Shown piece by piece: positions 48,875 to 58,414 of a DNA stretch of 64,000 nt. The stretch comes from Candidatus Xenobia bacterium. GTDB lineage: Bacteria; Vulcanimicrobiota; Xenobia; Xenobiales; QWHO01. Both the position numbers and the translations under genes were made by a program. Where the stretch lies: assembly GCA_045863235.1 (NCBI GenBank), contig BTUM01000015.1, positions 54,254-118,253 on the forward strand, read 5' to 3'. Positions within the stretch are counted from its first letter, which is position 1. Each line of letters begins with the position of its first letter. The notes beneath the pieces were generated by a model, which saw only the letters and a program-made list of their open reading frames with translations, was not told the origin of the DNA and did no database searches.

Positions 48875-49319
48875 GCCCACGCACTACCAGGGAGACGAGC
48901 GCGAGGTACGCGCCCTGAACGCGTTCATCAAGCTGCAGCGGGCGGTCGAGTCACTCAACGGCCGGCTGCAGCCCGAGTTGACCCGGGCAGGGTTGACGGT
49001 GAGCCAGTTCGGGGTGCTCGAGGCTCTGCTGCACCTCGGTCCGATGTGCCAGAAAGAGCTGGGGCAGAAACTGCTCCAGAGTGGTGGCAACATCACCATG
49101 GTGATCAACAACCTCGAGAAGCGCAATCTGGTCAAGCGCACCCGAGACCGTCAGGACCGCCGCTACGTGCAGGTGGCCCTGACGGCCGAAGGCCGCAAAT
49201 TGATCGTGGAGCTCTTTCCCCACCACGCCCGCTCGATCGCCGACCAGATGGAGGTCCTCTCCGCGGCCGAGCAAGACAGCCTCGCCCTGCTCTGTAAGCG
49301 CCTGGGCAAGCAAGGCTGA
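48873..49319 (+). CDS. MarR-family regulator (MhqR-like)
   Basis: GLTVSQFGVLEALLHLGP..SGGNITMVINNLEKRNLVKR..DRR..LT.EG. Confidence 0.93.
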   Translation: MPTHYQGDEREVRALNAFIKLQRAVESLNGRLQPELTRAGLTVSQFGVLEALLHLGPMCQKELGQKLLQSGGNITMVINNLEKRNLVKRTRDRQDRRYVQVALTAEGRKLIVELFPHHARSIADQMEVLSAAEQDSLALLCKRLGKQG

Positions 49320-49343
49320 ACAAGATTTTTTCTTGGTCATTAG

Positions 49344-49355
49344 TTTAATATTAAA
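49344..49355. promoter_or_regulatory. Second MarR operator core TTTAATATTAAA
   Basis: Identical to the core of the 48855 palindrome; upstream of pirin. Confidence 0.8.
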
Positions 49356-49374
49356 TCAAAGGAGCCACAAATTT

Positions 49375-50064
49375 ATGATCACTCTGAGACCTGAGCAAGA
49401 ACGAGGTCGAACTCAGCTGGGCTGGCTGGACAGCCGCCACAGCTTTTCTTTTGGCCAGTATCAAGACCCGCGTCATGTCGAGTTTCGCGATCTTCGGGTC
49501 ATCAACGACGACCGGGTGGGCCCGGGAGGGGGATTTCCCACGCACCCCCACCGCGACATGGAGATCCTGACCTACGTGCTCGAAGGCAAGCTGGCCCATC
49601 AGGACAGCCTGGGAACCGGCTCGGTGATCGGAGCAGGCGAGTTGCAGAAGATGAGCGCCGGCAGCGGCATTCGTCACAGCGAGTTCAACGCATCCGAGTC
49701 CGATCCGGTGCACTTCTACCAGATCTGGATCTACCCCGAGAAGTCAGGGCTGGCCCCCAGCTATGAGCAGAAGCCTACCCCGCCCGGTCTCGGCCTGCAC
49801 CTGGTGGCCTCGCCCGAGGGGGGGGAGCAGGCGCTCCGCCTGCACCAGGACGTGCGGCTCTACCTGGGCCGGCTCGAGGACGGACATGAGCTCGAGCACA
49901 CTCTTGCTCCTGATCGGCACGCCTACGTGCAGGTGACCCGGGGCGAGATTCAGCTCAACGGGCTTCAACTGGTGGCCGGCGATGGAGCGGCGGTCAGCCA
50001 GGAGGAGTCCTTGCGCTTGCGCTCGCAGGGCCCGGCCGAGATTTTGTTGTTTGATTTGAACTGA
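49375..50064 (+). CDS. Pirin-family protein (YhhW-like)
   Basis: WLDSRHSFSF, HPHRDMEI, H.DS.G, GIRHSE, QIWI. Confidence 0.93.
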   Translation: MITLRPEQERGRTQLGWLDSRHSFSFGQYQDPRHVEFRDLRVINDDRVGPGGGFPTHPHRDMEILTYVLEGKLAHQDSLGTGSVIGAGELQKMSAGSGIRHSEFNASESDPVHFYQIWIYPEKSGLAPSYEQKPTPPGLGLHLVASPEGGEQALRLHQDVRLYLGRLEDGHELEHTLAPDRHAYVQVTRGEIQLNGLQLVAGDGAAVSQEESLRLRSQGPAEILLFDLN

Positions 50065-50077
50065 AAGGAAGAAGACT

Positions 50078-50647
50078 ATGCCTAAGATTCTCGCCTTTTC
50101 CGGCAGTACCCGGGAGGGCTCCTTCAATCGCAAGCTCATTGCCCTCGGGGCCGCGGCCGTACGGGCGGCCGGGGGAGAGGTCACCGAGCTCGACTTGCGC
50201 GACTACCGCCTGCCTGTCTACGACACCGATCTCGAGAGCCAGGGGGTGCCTGACAATGCCCGGCGCCTGGCTGAGCTGTTCAGTGAGCATCAGGGCTTCT
50301 TGATCGCCTCGCCGGAATACAACAGCGGCTACTCGCCGCTCATCAAGAACACCATCGACTGGATCAGCCGGGTCAAACCGGGCTCGGTCAACCTGACCCC
50401 CTTCGCCGACAAGTTCGCCGGCCTGATGGCCGCCTCGCCCGGTGGCTTTGGCGGCCTGCGCGGGCTGTTGCAGCTTCGCACCGTGCTCAGCTACATCAAG
50501 GTGCACGTGTTGCACCATCAGGTCACAATCTCCAGCGCTCATGAGGCCTTCGACGAGGCGGGCCAGCTGAAAAACCCCTCCCACCAGAAAGGGGTGGAAG
50601 GGGTTGCCGGTGAGCTGGTGCGGATTCTGACGAAGCTAACGGACTGA
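50078..50647 (+). CDS. NADPH-dependent FMN reductase
   Basis: SGSTREGSFN, SPEYN, KNTIDWISR, ASPGGFGG. Confidence 0.93.
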   Translation: MPKILAFSGSTREGSFNRKLIALGAAAVRAAGGEVTELDLRDYRLPVYDTDLESQGVPDNARRLAELFSEHQGFLIASPEYNSGYSPLIKNTIDWISRVKPGSVNLTPFADKFAGLMAASPGGFGGLRGLLQLRTVLSYIKVHVLHHQVTISSAHEAFDEAGQLKNPSHQKGVEGVAGELVRILTKLTD

Positions 50648-50653
50648 TGCAGA

Positions 50654-50688
50654 CCAGTGGTGGCGGAGTTCTGCTTCGCCACCACTGG
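50654..50688 (+). terminator. Hairpin after FMN reductase
   Basis: CCAGTGGTGGCG..CGCCACCACTGG inverted repeat. Confidence 0.6.
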
Positions 50689-50708
50689 AACGCAGCTACC
50701 GCCTGTTC

Positions 50709-50755
50709 GGGAATGGAGACAATCAGGTTGAACGGCGCGGCGCGAGTTCCTGAAG
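50709..50755. repeat. Dispersed intergenic repeat, copy 2
   Basis: GGGA-N4-AGACAATC-ag-GTTGAACGGCGCgGCGCgAgtTCCTGAAG. Confidence 0.75.
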
Positions 50756-50760
50756 GAACC

Positions 50761-51102
50761 TTAAGCTGACTGGCGGGCGGCTTCCCGCTCTTCCTTGGCC
50801 TTGTTGTGCTCGATGGCCCAGGCTGTGGCGCCGAGCGCGGCGCCCGCCGCCAGGCCAACCATGGTGCAGATCGGGAAGGCGTTGGCCCAGCCCAGGCTGG
50901 CCTTGAGGGCCCAGCCCACGGTCCCGGCCACCGAGCCCACGCCCAGGGCGGTGACTCCCATCTTGCCCCACAGGGAGTTCTTCTTCTTGGTCTCTTCCGA
51001 GCGCTTGAACTTGTCCAGCTCGCTGGTGGGAGCGGTCTGGGTGGAGGCCACCGTGCCGTAGCCGCGCAAACCGATACCGGGGTTGAAGGTCTGGATGGTC
51101 AT
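50761..51102 (-). CDS. Small orphan with disordered N-terminus and Gly-zipper-like double hydrophobic hairpin
   Basis: AGGAGG RBS; MTIQTF..ELDKF, then two Gly-rich hydrophobic helices. Confidence 0.72.
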   Translation of the reverse strand: MTIQTFNPGIGLRGYGTVASTQTAPTSELDKFKRSEETKKKNSLWGKMGVTALGVGSVAGTVGWALKASLGWANAFPICTMVGLAAGAALGATAWAIEHNKAKEEREAARQSA

Positions 51103-51130
51103 GCTGCCTCCTGCTGGTCGAGTCCCCACG

Positions 51131-51173
51131 AGTGTAGCTTACCCTGGCGCTCAGGTCGTTACCGGAGGATTAA
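51131..51173 (-). promoter_or_regulatory. Box B TTAAT-cctccg-GTAAC, then N21, then -10 TACACT
   Basis: Same spacing as 3843; first half-site overlaps the TAA of the upstream gene. Confidence 0.55.
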
Positions 51174-52021
51174 CAGTCCTCCAAGGCTTGCTCCCCCTCC
51201 CAGCGGTAGAAGCCCCGACCCGTTTTCTTGCCCAGGTAGCCGGCCCGAACCAGCCGCCGCAAGAGCGGGGGAGGGGTGAACTGGGGACCGATCTCCCGCG
51301 TGAGGTGCTCGGCGATGGCCAGGCGAACGTCCAGGCCCACCAGGTCAGTCAGCTTCAGGGGACCCATGGGGTGGCGATAGCCCAGCTCCATGGCCCGGTC
51401 GATGTCGGCCGCGCTGGCTACCTGGCTCTCCACCATGCGGATGGCCTCCATGCCAAGCAAGATCCCGAGGCGCGAGGTGGCAAAACCGGCCACGTCGCGC
51501 ACCACCACGGGCGTCTTGCCCAGGCGCAAAGCCAGCTCCAAGGCTCGGTCGAGGGTCTGGGGAGAGGTCTGCTCGGCCCGCACCACCTCGAGCAGCGCCA
51601 TGACGGGAGCGGGGTTGAAGAAGTGCAGCCCGATGACGCGCTCGGGCGCCTGGCAGGCGGAAGCGATCTCGGTCAGCGAGAGCGAGGAGGTGTTGCTACC
51701 CAGCAGCGTTGCCTCGCTGCGCCGGGAGAGCTCGCCCAGGACCGACTTCTTCAGCTCCAGCTCCTCATAGACCGCCTCGACCACCAGGTCAGCCGGCGGT
51801 CCCAGGCCCTGGGCCGTCTGCAACCTCGCCAGCACGGGCTCCGCCGTGTCGAGTTTGCCCCTTTGCACAGCCCTACCCAGCGAGGCCCGCACCTTCTCGA
51901 GTCCAGCTTCGGCCAGCGCCAGCTCGCGGTCGCAGAGCGTGGTCTGGAGCCCGGCTCGGGCCAGCACCTCGGCGATTCCGGCCCCCATGGTGCCAGCCCC
52001 GATCACAACAGCAGTTTTCAT
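51170..52021 (-). CDS. 3-hydroxyacyl(butyryl)-CoA dehydrogenase
   Basis: VIGAGTMGAGIA, EAVYE, SNTSSL, GLHFFNP, PMGPL..DLVGLD. Confidence 0.93.
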   Translation of the reverse strand: MKTAVVIGAGTMGAGIAEVLARAGLQTTLCDRELALAEAGLEKVRASLGRAVQRGKLDTAEPVLARLQTAQGLGPPADLVVEAVYEELELKKSVLGELSRRSEATLLGSNTSSLSLTEIASACQAPERVIGLHFFNPAPVMALLEVVRAEQTSPQTLDRALELALRLGKTPVVVRDVAGFATSRLGILLGMEAIRMVESQVASAADIDRAMELGYRHPMGPLKLTDLVGLDVRLAIAEHLTREIGPQFTPPPLLRRLVRAGYLGKKTGRGFYRWEGEQALEDC

Positions 52022-52506
52022 CGACCCTCCCTCAAGCGCGTCAGAGCCGGGTCCTGCGGCCAGGCCTTGATCGGACCCGTCTCGGCACACTGCATCAAGA
52101 TTTCGCATCGTTCCACCAGAAAGCCCAGTCGCTCGGCCCGGTCGAGCAGCCCCTCCGACCAGGCCGGCAGCCGCCAGGCCAGGTGCTCGAGCCCACGCCG
52201 GTGAGCCAGGCGGGCGGCCTCGTCCACCAGGGCCCCCAGGGCCTCGTCGGAGTGGGCGACCAGCTCCAGCAACTCGGCCTGGGGCAAACCGGTGGCGTCC
52301 TCCACCCCGGCCAGGTGCACCAGGGCGAACCCCTGGCGCTCGCCCGCCACCAGCAGCTTGAGGTCTGGCATCAACCGGCTGGCCTCGAGCTGAGCCAGCC
52401 GCTGCCGAGTCGTTTCCCCCTCGCGATACGGCGAGGCCAGGCTGGCCTCGGCGGCCAGCTCACGAATCCAGCCCAGGTCGGTGAGGCGGGCGCGTTGCAC
52501 TTGCAT
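52018..52506 (-). CDS. GNAT-fold-like hypothetical protein
   Basis: MQVQRAR..DL start, ALVDEA..A...G, ERLGF; ATGA overlap. Confidence 0.55.
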   Translation of the reverse strand: MQVQRARLTDLGWIRELAAEASLASPYREGETTRQRLAQLEASRLMPDLKLLVAGERQGFALVHLAGVEDATGLPQAELLELVAHSDEALGALVDEAARLAHRRGLEHLAWRLPAWSEGLLDRAERLGFLVERCEILMQCAETGPIKAWPQDPALTRLREGR

Positions 52507-52590
52507 TTCCAGGGTGCCGGCGGTTCGACAGGAATCCCCCCCGAGACCTTTGAAGCAGTTGCCCGAACGCCAGGAAACGAGGATTGCAAG

Positions 52591-53544
52591 ATGATTCGGC
52601 TGGTTGATCGGCTCAACGGCGAGGTACTCGGGGACATCTCCGGCGATGACATGGAGGTGCTGCACAAAGCTCTCACCGAGGACGACGAGTCCGACGCCGA
52701 TTACTACCTCAACCCCGAAACCCTCACCCTGCTGGCCGAGGCCGGCATGAGCGAGGGGGCGCTCGAGATCTTGAAGAAGGCCCTGACCGAGCGCGAAGAG
52801 GTGGACATCGGCTGGGAGCCGGTGACTTCCGAGCGAGCGGCCCGGGTGTTCGGCAAGATCGTGGCTGAGGGGGGCGATGCGCTGGGCGGTCTGCTCGTCG
52901 ACCTGGCCGACTCGGATGAAGAGGTGGAGGATGCTCTGAGCTGGAGCTTCAGCCGGGCCGATGGCACCTTCGAGATCGCCCTGGATGCCGAAGATCTGGC
53001 CCAGTGCAAGGACGCCTCGCTCATTTTGACTTTGAGCGCGCTGGGAGACGACTGGCTGAGCGAGTATGAGCTGAAGTTCGGTGAAGAGACTGAAGTCGAC
53101 CTGGGCGAGATCCAGGTGCCGGTGTTCAAGGGCATGGTGATCTCCGATGAGGAGAAGGTGCCGCTGGCTGGCATCGCCGTCCAGGTCACCTTTCTGGCCG
53201 ATGAGGGGGCTATGGAGTGGTTTGGCACCTGGGTCACCAGCCGCCCGGACGGTACCTTCAGCTTTCCTTATCGACGACCGGACGAGACGGTTCCCGTCAA
53301 CCAGTCCATGCTGCTCGAGTTGCTCGGGCCCGGCGGGGAGCCGCTGACCGATCTCGAGATCGAGAACCCGATGGAGCTCGAGTCCAGCGACCTGGGCGAG
53401 ATCGAATGCCCCGACCCGAACGCCCTGGAGGAGGAGGAAGAAGAGGGCGACGAGGGTGAGGGCGAGGGCGACGAAGGCCCCGAGGAGGAGACCATCCCGG
53501 TGGATGCCGTCCTGCCCGGAGTGCAGCAGCGTCCGCTGGAGTAG
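52591..53544 (+). CDS. Highly acidic hypothetical protein: small N-domain plus two transthyretin/carboxypeptidase-regulatory-like beta domains
   Basis: DYYLN..TL.LL N-domain; repeated G....PL.G..V..SR.DGTF; poly-E tail. Confidence 0.7.
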   Translation: MIRLVDRLNGEVLGDISGDDMEVLHKALTEDDESDADYYLNPETLTLLAEAGMSEGALEILKKALTEREEVDIGWEPVTSERAARVFGKIVAEGGDALGGLLVDLADSDEEVEDALSWSFSRADGTFEIALDAEDLAQCKDASLILTLSALGDDWLSEYELKFGEETEVDLGEIQVPVFKGMVISDEEKVPLAGIAVQVTFLADEGAMEWFGTWVTSRPDGTFSFPYRRPDETVPVNQSMLLELLGPGGEPLTDLEIENPMELESSDLGEIECPDPNALEEEEEEGDEGEGEGDEGPEEETIPVDAVLPGVQQRPLE

Positions 53545-53547
53545 CCC

Positions 53548-54042
53548 TCAGACCAGACGCTCTTCCTCCACCCAGTCATCGCCCCGTCGGAGGTAACCCC
53601 GTCGGACCGGATACTCCGGACGCAGGTCGAGCAGATCGATCTCCTCTACCAGGCCCTCGAGCACCAGGAAATCCTTGGCCGGGGTCAGGAGGGTGGGCTC
53701 GCTGCCGTAGAAGCGCCAGCGGTCCTGGCCAGGCACCTTGCGCCAAAGGCTCTCGCGCATGGCTTCCCTGTCGGGGCCGAGCCAGCCGAGTTGCGAGCGC
53801 AGCCTCAGTTGCAGCGGTCCGCTCAGCTCCACCAGGCAGAGCTCGCCGCGCAGGAACTGCCGGATTTGCTCCACTTTGGCGTGGCGGCGGTGGGTGGTCA
53901 CATACCACCGGCCCTGTTGCAGGTTGAAGCCGGCCACCCGCACGGTGCGCACGCGACCCTCGCCGGTGCCCAGCCAGGCAAACGGGAAGGGCGAGCCCTT
54001 GCGGATCTCCTCGAACAGCGAAGCCACGTTCTTGGGAAACAT
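53548..54042 (-). CDS. Pyridoxamine 5'-phosphate oxidase-like FMN-binding protein
   Basis: LGT..RVRTV..F..TH.R..KVEQI..QLRL..DLLDL..R..W. Confidence 0.7.
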   Translation of the reverse strand: MFPKNVASLFEEIRKGSPFPFAWLGTGEGRVRTVRVAGFNLQQGRWYVTTHRRHAKVEQIRQFLRGELCLVELSGPLQLRLRSQLGWLGPDREAMRESLWRKVPGQDRWRFYGSEPTLLTPAKDFLVLEGLVEEIDLLDLRPEYPVRRGYLRRGDDWVEEERLV

Positions 54043-54128
54043 GGTTGCGCATATACCAGGCTTTCGCCAGGATCCCTCCGGGCGAAAGTCGAATGGCATT
54101 CAAATTCCCGATCGTCTGGGGGTGTGTC

Positions 54129-55604
54129 TTGAGCCAAGAGGAAGTCCAACTGCACGACTCGCTGCACAATGAAGACCTGGCTCCCACCACCCCCGAGCAG
54201 CGCACCTGGACAACCTACAACTACGCTGCCCTCTGGATCGGCATGGCCCACTGCATCCCCACCTACACCATGGCCTCCACCCTGATCGACAAGGGTTTTA
54301 CCTGGCAGCAGGCCATCTTCACCATCTTGCTGGCCAATACCATCGTGCTCATGCCCATGCTGATGATCTCCTACATCGGAACGCGCTACGGGCTGCCATT
54401 CCCGGTCATTTGCCGCGCCTCGTTCGGGACCTTGGGGGCCAACGTCCCGGCCATTTTGCGCGCCCTGGTTGCCTGCGGCTGGTTTGGCATCCAGACCTGG
54501 ATCGGGGGCAAGGCGCTCTACAACCTGCTGGCCGCGACCTGGCCGGCGCTGGTGCATATGCCCTGGATGAAGGGTGTTTGCTTTATGCTCTTCTGGGCCC
54601 TGAACATGGTGATCATCTGGAAGGGCATGAACACGGTGCGCTGGTTCGAGGGTTGGGCGGCCCCGGCCATCCTGGTGGTCACGTTGATCTTGCTGGTCTA
54701 CATGGTGCAGCGGGCCAACGGGCTGGGGCCGATTCTGCACCAGACGGGGCTCTACCCCACGGTGGGAGACTACTTGCGGGTTGTTCCGCCCTACCTGATG
54801 GCCATGATTGCGTTCTGGGCCACCATGGCTCTCAACATGCCCGATTTCACGCGCTACGCCAAAGACCAGCGGGCTCAGATCATCGGTCAGGCGGTGGGCC
54901 TGCCGCCCACGATGACCATCTTCTCGGCCATGGGCGTCATCATCACCTCGGCGACTGTGGTCGTCTATGGCAAAGCCATCTGGGACCCGCTCGACCTGCT
55001 GGCCAAACCCGAGTTTGGCCATCCCCTGGTGGTGCTGATCTCCCTGGTCAGCATCGCAGTGGCCACCCTGTCGGTCAACGTGGCCGCCAACGTGGTCTCG
55101 CCCGCCTTCGACTTCGCCAACCTGTGGCCGGCCAAGATCGACTTCAAGATCGGCGGCACCATCACCGGGCTGATCGGCATCGCCATGTGCCCGTGGTATT
55201 TGTTCGAGAACTCGGCCAACTACCTGTTCGTGTGGCTCGACGGCTACGCCATCGTGCTCGGGCCCATCGCCGGTATCATGATCTGCGACTTCTGGGTCCT
55301 GCGTAAGCGCCACCTGACGGTTCGTCAGCTCTACCTCAAGGGCGGGATGTATCACTACTCCGGTGGCTTCAACTGGGCCGCCATCGCCGCCCTGGCGCTG
55401 GCTGCCCTGCCCAACATTCCTGGCTTCCTGCTCAAGCTCAACGTCAACCTGGTGCCATCGGCGGCCTGGCTGTTCGAAGGGATCTACTCGTTCTCGTGGC
55501 TGGTTGGCTTCTTGCTGGGGCTGGGGCTCTACGGAGTCTTTATGCTTTTCCTGCAGCGGGGGCAACTGACGATGGAGCACAACGCGGCCATGGAAGGGGC
55601 TTGA
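54129..55604 (+). CDS. NCS1 nucleobase:cation symporter; start approximate
   Basis: NEDLAPT..RTW..WIGM, GLPFPV..RASFG, GWFGIQTWIG, PDFTRY, NVAAN. Confidence 0.93.
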   Translation: MSQEEVQLHDSLHNEDLAPTTPEQRTWTTYNYAALWIGMAHCIPTYTMASTLIDKGFTWQQAIFTILLANTIVLMPMLMISYIGTRYGLPFPVICRASFGTLGANVPAILRALVACGWFGIQTWIGGKALYNLLAATWPALVHMPWMKGVCFMLFWALNMVIIWKGMNTVRWFEGWAAPAILVVTLILLVYMVQRANGLGPILHQTGLYPTVGDYLRVVPPYLMAMIAFWATMALNMPDFTRYAKDQRAQIIGQAVGLPPTMTIFSAMGVIITSATVVVYGKAIWDPLDLLAKPEFGHPLVVLISLVSIAVATLSVNVAANVVSPAFDFANLWPAKIDFKIGGTITGLIGIAMCPWYLFENSANYLFVWLDGYAIVLGPIAGIMICDFWVLRKRHLTVRQLYLKGGMYHYSGGFNWAAIAALALAALPNIPGFLLKLNVNLVPSAAWLFEGIYSFSWLVGFLLGLGLYGVFMLFLQRGQLTMEHNAAMEGA

Positions 55605-55720
55605 GCAACCCGCGTCGTCAATGAGCGCGGCGGGTCCAAGCACACGCTGGTGCGGCCTGGAGGGAAACTTCTTCAACTCACGGAATCTAGCAACACCGAA
55701 CTTGGAGAGGGAGGTCTGGA

Positions 55721-56083
55721 ATGGAAGACGGAAATGGCGGAGGAATAGTAGGAGTACTGTTCGGCCTGATCATGCTGGCGGTTGTGGTGGTCTGCATCGC
55801 CGGGATGTGGAAGCTTTTTGAGAAGGCCGGTAAGCCCGGGTGGGCCTGTATTATTCCGTTCTACAGCGCCTGGGTCCTCATGGAGATCATCGGGTTCCCT
55901 GGCTATTACATGTTGATCATGTTCATTCCCTTCGTAGGCGCGTTGTTCAGCCTTTACTGTATGTTCAAGCTGCCTCAGGTTTTTGGCAAGGATGCCATGT
56001 GGGGCATTCTGTGCGTGCTCTTTGCTCCGATCGTCATGTTGATGCTCGGCTTCGGGGACGCTCAGTACACCGGCGCGGCCTGA
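55721..56083 (+). CDS. DUF5684-like membrane protein
   Basis: WKLFEKAGKPGWACIIPFY motif, FGK, LGFGDAQY. Confidence 0.8.
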   Translation: MEDGNGGGIVGVLFGLIMLAVVVVCIAGMWKLFEKAGKPGWACIIPFYSAWVLMEIIGFPGYYMLIMFIPFVGALFSLYCMFKLPQVFGKDAMWGILCVLFAPIVMLMLGFGDAQYTGAA

Positions 56084-56105
56084 CCTCCAAGAGGCTTCGG
56101 ACGCA

Positions 56106-56137
56106 AAGAAGGGAGGCACGCCAGTGCCTCCCTTCTT
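56106..56137. terminator. Bidirectional intrinsic terminator
   Basis: AAGAAGGGAGGCAC-gcca-GTGCCTCCCTTCTT between convergent genes. Confidence 0.8.
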
Positions 56138-56157
56138 CGATCCTCCGATTGTCTAGT

Positions 56158-56676
56158 CTACATCATGCCGGGCAGGCCGCCTCCGAGGACGCCACCCATC
56201 ATGTTCCACACCTCGCCCTTCAGCTCGATGAAGCTGTTGCCGGGATTCTTGCGGTCGACGTGCATCAACTGGGTGCCCGGCATCATGCCGCCCAGCACGG
56301 TGATCGAGGTGATCGAGTCGGGTGAGTAGTCGGTGACGGTGACGGTGTTCATCATCGGATTCTCCATCACGGTAACCGAGGAGCCCTGGTTTCGATCCCC
56401 CTCGAAGGTCGTGGTGGGCGGATCGATCTTGACGGGCATCTCCATGCCCGGCGGCAGGGCCAGCGCCTGCTGCACCACTCCTGGACGTCCCCTGGCCAGG
56501 TCCGTGGGGCCCTCGTCGATCTGCTTGAGCTGATCCATGGATCCGGAGAGCAGGGAATCGATCTGGCTCGCCTGCTCGGCCGGCATATTCTGTCGAGTAG
56601 CGCCTTCGCCCAGCGAACGGTTGTTGCGAATACTGGCGATGTCCGACTGGGCCCAGCCGGGAACTGCGATGGACAT
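56158..56676 (-). CDS. Orphan protein (MSIAVP start), beta-rich C-terminal half
   Basis: GGGGAGG RBS; Box A half-site TTTCAG-N10-TAAGCT upstream (56707-56728). Confidence 0.72.
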   Translation of the reverse strand: MSIAVPGWAQSDIASIRNNRSLGEGATRQNMPAEQASQIDSLLSGSMDQLKQIDEGPTDLARGRPGVVQQALALPPGMEMPVKIDPPTTTFEGDRNQGSSVTVMENPMMNTVTVTDYSPDSITSITVLGGMMPGTQLMHVDRKNPGNSFIELKGEVWNMMGGVLGGGLPGMM

Positions 56677-56752
56677 TGTGAGCAACCTCCCCTGATTTCT
56701 TCTTGCAGCTTACCGAGGAGGCCTGAAAATTCTCTGCCCCGAACCGCACGGC

Positions 56753-57496
56753 GTGTTCCCGAGCGAGCCTGAGACCTGCGACCACCTGGCCGGCGACTGG
56801 CGGATCTACCAGCTCAAGTACGGTCACCGCTTCTCGGCCGACGACGTGCTGACCGCCTGGACGGCGGCGCGCGCGCTTCCCACTGCCAGAAGGTTGCTCG
56901 ACCTGGGCTGTGGCATCGGCTCGGTGGGCTTTCTGACCCTCTGGAGACTGGGGTCCGAAGCTCACCTGACCGCGGTCGAGGTACAGCCGGTCAGCCTGGC
57001 TCTGGCTCAGCGCACTGCTGCCCTCAATGGCTTTGCCCATCGGGTCGATCTCCACCTGGGCGATCTGCGCGAGCTCCAACTACCCGGCCGGTTCGAGCTG
57101 ATCACCGGCAGCCCGCCCTACTTTCCGGTGGGCAAGGCGCTGGTCTCGCCTCACCCCCAGCGGGCGGCAGCCCGCATGGAGCTGCACGGAGACGTGCGCG
57201 ATTACTGCCGGGCGGCAGCGGGACATCTCGAGCCATCAGGTCGTTTCGTCTTCGTGCATGCCGCTGGCGATCAGCGCCCCGAAGAGGCGATCACTCAGGC
57301 CGGAATGCGGCTGCTGGCCCGCCAGGAGGTGGTGGTGCGTCCCGGGCGCACGCCCCTGATCGCGCTCTTTACCTGCGCCTTCGAGGGGGAGCGGGTGGAC
57401 CCGGCCCCTTTCGTGGTGCGCGATGCCAGCAATCGCTGGACCGAGCAGTATCTGGCCATGCGGCGCGAGATGGGAACCGTGCTGGAGGCTCGCTGA
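56753..57496 (+). CDS. tRNA1(Val) A37 N6-methyltransferase-like (YfiC/TrmN6)
   Basis: YQLKYGHRFSADD, LDLGCGIG, GSPPYF, ARMELHG. Confidence 0.82.
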   Translation: MFPSEPETCDHLAGDWRIYQLKYGHRFSADDVLTAWTAARALPTARRLLDLGCGIGSVGFLTLWRLGSEAHLTAVEVQPVSLALAQRTAALNGFAHRVDLHLGDLRELQLPGRFELITGSPPYFPVGKALVSPHPQRAAARMELHGDVRDYCRAAAGHLEPSGRFVFVHAAGDQRPEEAITQAGMRLLARQEVVVRPGRTPLIALFTCAFEGERVDPAPFVVRDASNRWTEQYLAMRREMGTVLEAR

Positions 57497-57537
57497 GCCG
57501 GCAGGGAGCCCCGCCCGCTGGCCAGAACTCAGCTCCC

Positions 57538-58359
57538 ATGGCCATTGACGTAGAAGTCGAGGACGAGTACCGCCTCCACCGTCGCTTCGACCGCATGGGG
57601 CGCCTGGTAGGCGATGACGGCATGGCGCGCCTGTTTCGCTCGCGCGTCATGGTGATCGGCCTGGGCGGGGTGGGCAGCTTTGCGGCCGAGTCGCTGGCTC
57701 GAAGCGGGGTCGGTCGGCTCGAGCTGGTGGACTTCGACCTGGTCTGCATCACCAACTCCAACCGCCAGCTGCAAGCTATGCAGGGTACCGTAGGCAAGCC
57801 CAAGGCCGAGATCCTGGCCGAGCGGCTCGGCAAGATCAATCCTCAGAGCAGCGTCCTGCCGATCCGTCTGTTCTACAACGACAAGACCTCCGAGCGTTTG
57901 CTGGCCGACCGACCCGATTTCGTGGTGGACGCCATCGACAACGTCACCGCCAAATGTCACCTGCTGGCTCGCTGCCGCGAGCTGGGCGTCCGAGTGGTCT
58001 CCTCCACGGGCGCTTCCGGGCGGATCGACCCCACCCTGGTGCACGTGGCTGACCTGGCCCGCACCCGGGTCGACCCGCTCGCTTCGGCGGTGCGCAAGAT
58101 CCTGCGTCACCAGTATGGTTTCCCGGCCAAGGCGGTCTTTGGCATTCCGGCCGTGTTCTCGACCGAAACCCCGGCCGAGCCGCGCGCGCTCACCTATGAC
58201 AAGGGCCAGGGCTTCCGCTGCGTGTGCCCCGGGGGTAAGAACGAGTTTCACTCCTGTGAAGAGCGCAACGTCATCTACGGCACGGCCAGTTTCGTGACCG
58301 GCGCCTTTGGCCTGGCCTGCGCCAGCGTGGTGGTCAGGGAACTGGCTCAGGGCAAGTGA
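57538..58359 (+). CDS. tcdA: tRNA threonylcarbamoyladenosine dehydratase (ThiF family)
   Basis: IGLGGVGS..ESLARSGVG, DFD..TNSNRQ, DAIDN, DPLA..VRK, VFSTE. Confidence 0.9.
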   Translation: MAIDVEVEDEYRLHRRFDRMGRLVGDDGMARLFRSRVMVIGLGGVGSFAAESLARSGVGRLELVDFDLVCITNSNRQLQAMQGTVGKPKAEILAERLGKINPQSSVLPIRLFYNDKTSERLLADRPDFVVDAIDNVTAKCHLLARCRELGVRVVSSTGASGRIDPTLVHVADLARTRVDPLASAVRKILRHQYGFPAKAVFGIPAVFSTETPAEPRALTYDKGQGFRCVCPGGKNEFHSCEERNVIYGTASFVTGAFGLACASVVVRELAQGK

Positions 58360-58414
58360 AGCGCCCCCTCCCGGGAGCGCAGGCGGGGGCCTTCCCGCTG
58401 CGCGACGCCAACAG

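Noticed and set aside
51709..52590. N-terminal extensions given in the ORF track (also 28864, 33166-34557, 39512, 58307)
   Set aside because: Extensions overlap opposite-strand or upstream genes; downstream starts fit domain boundaries and RBS/-10 signals better
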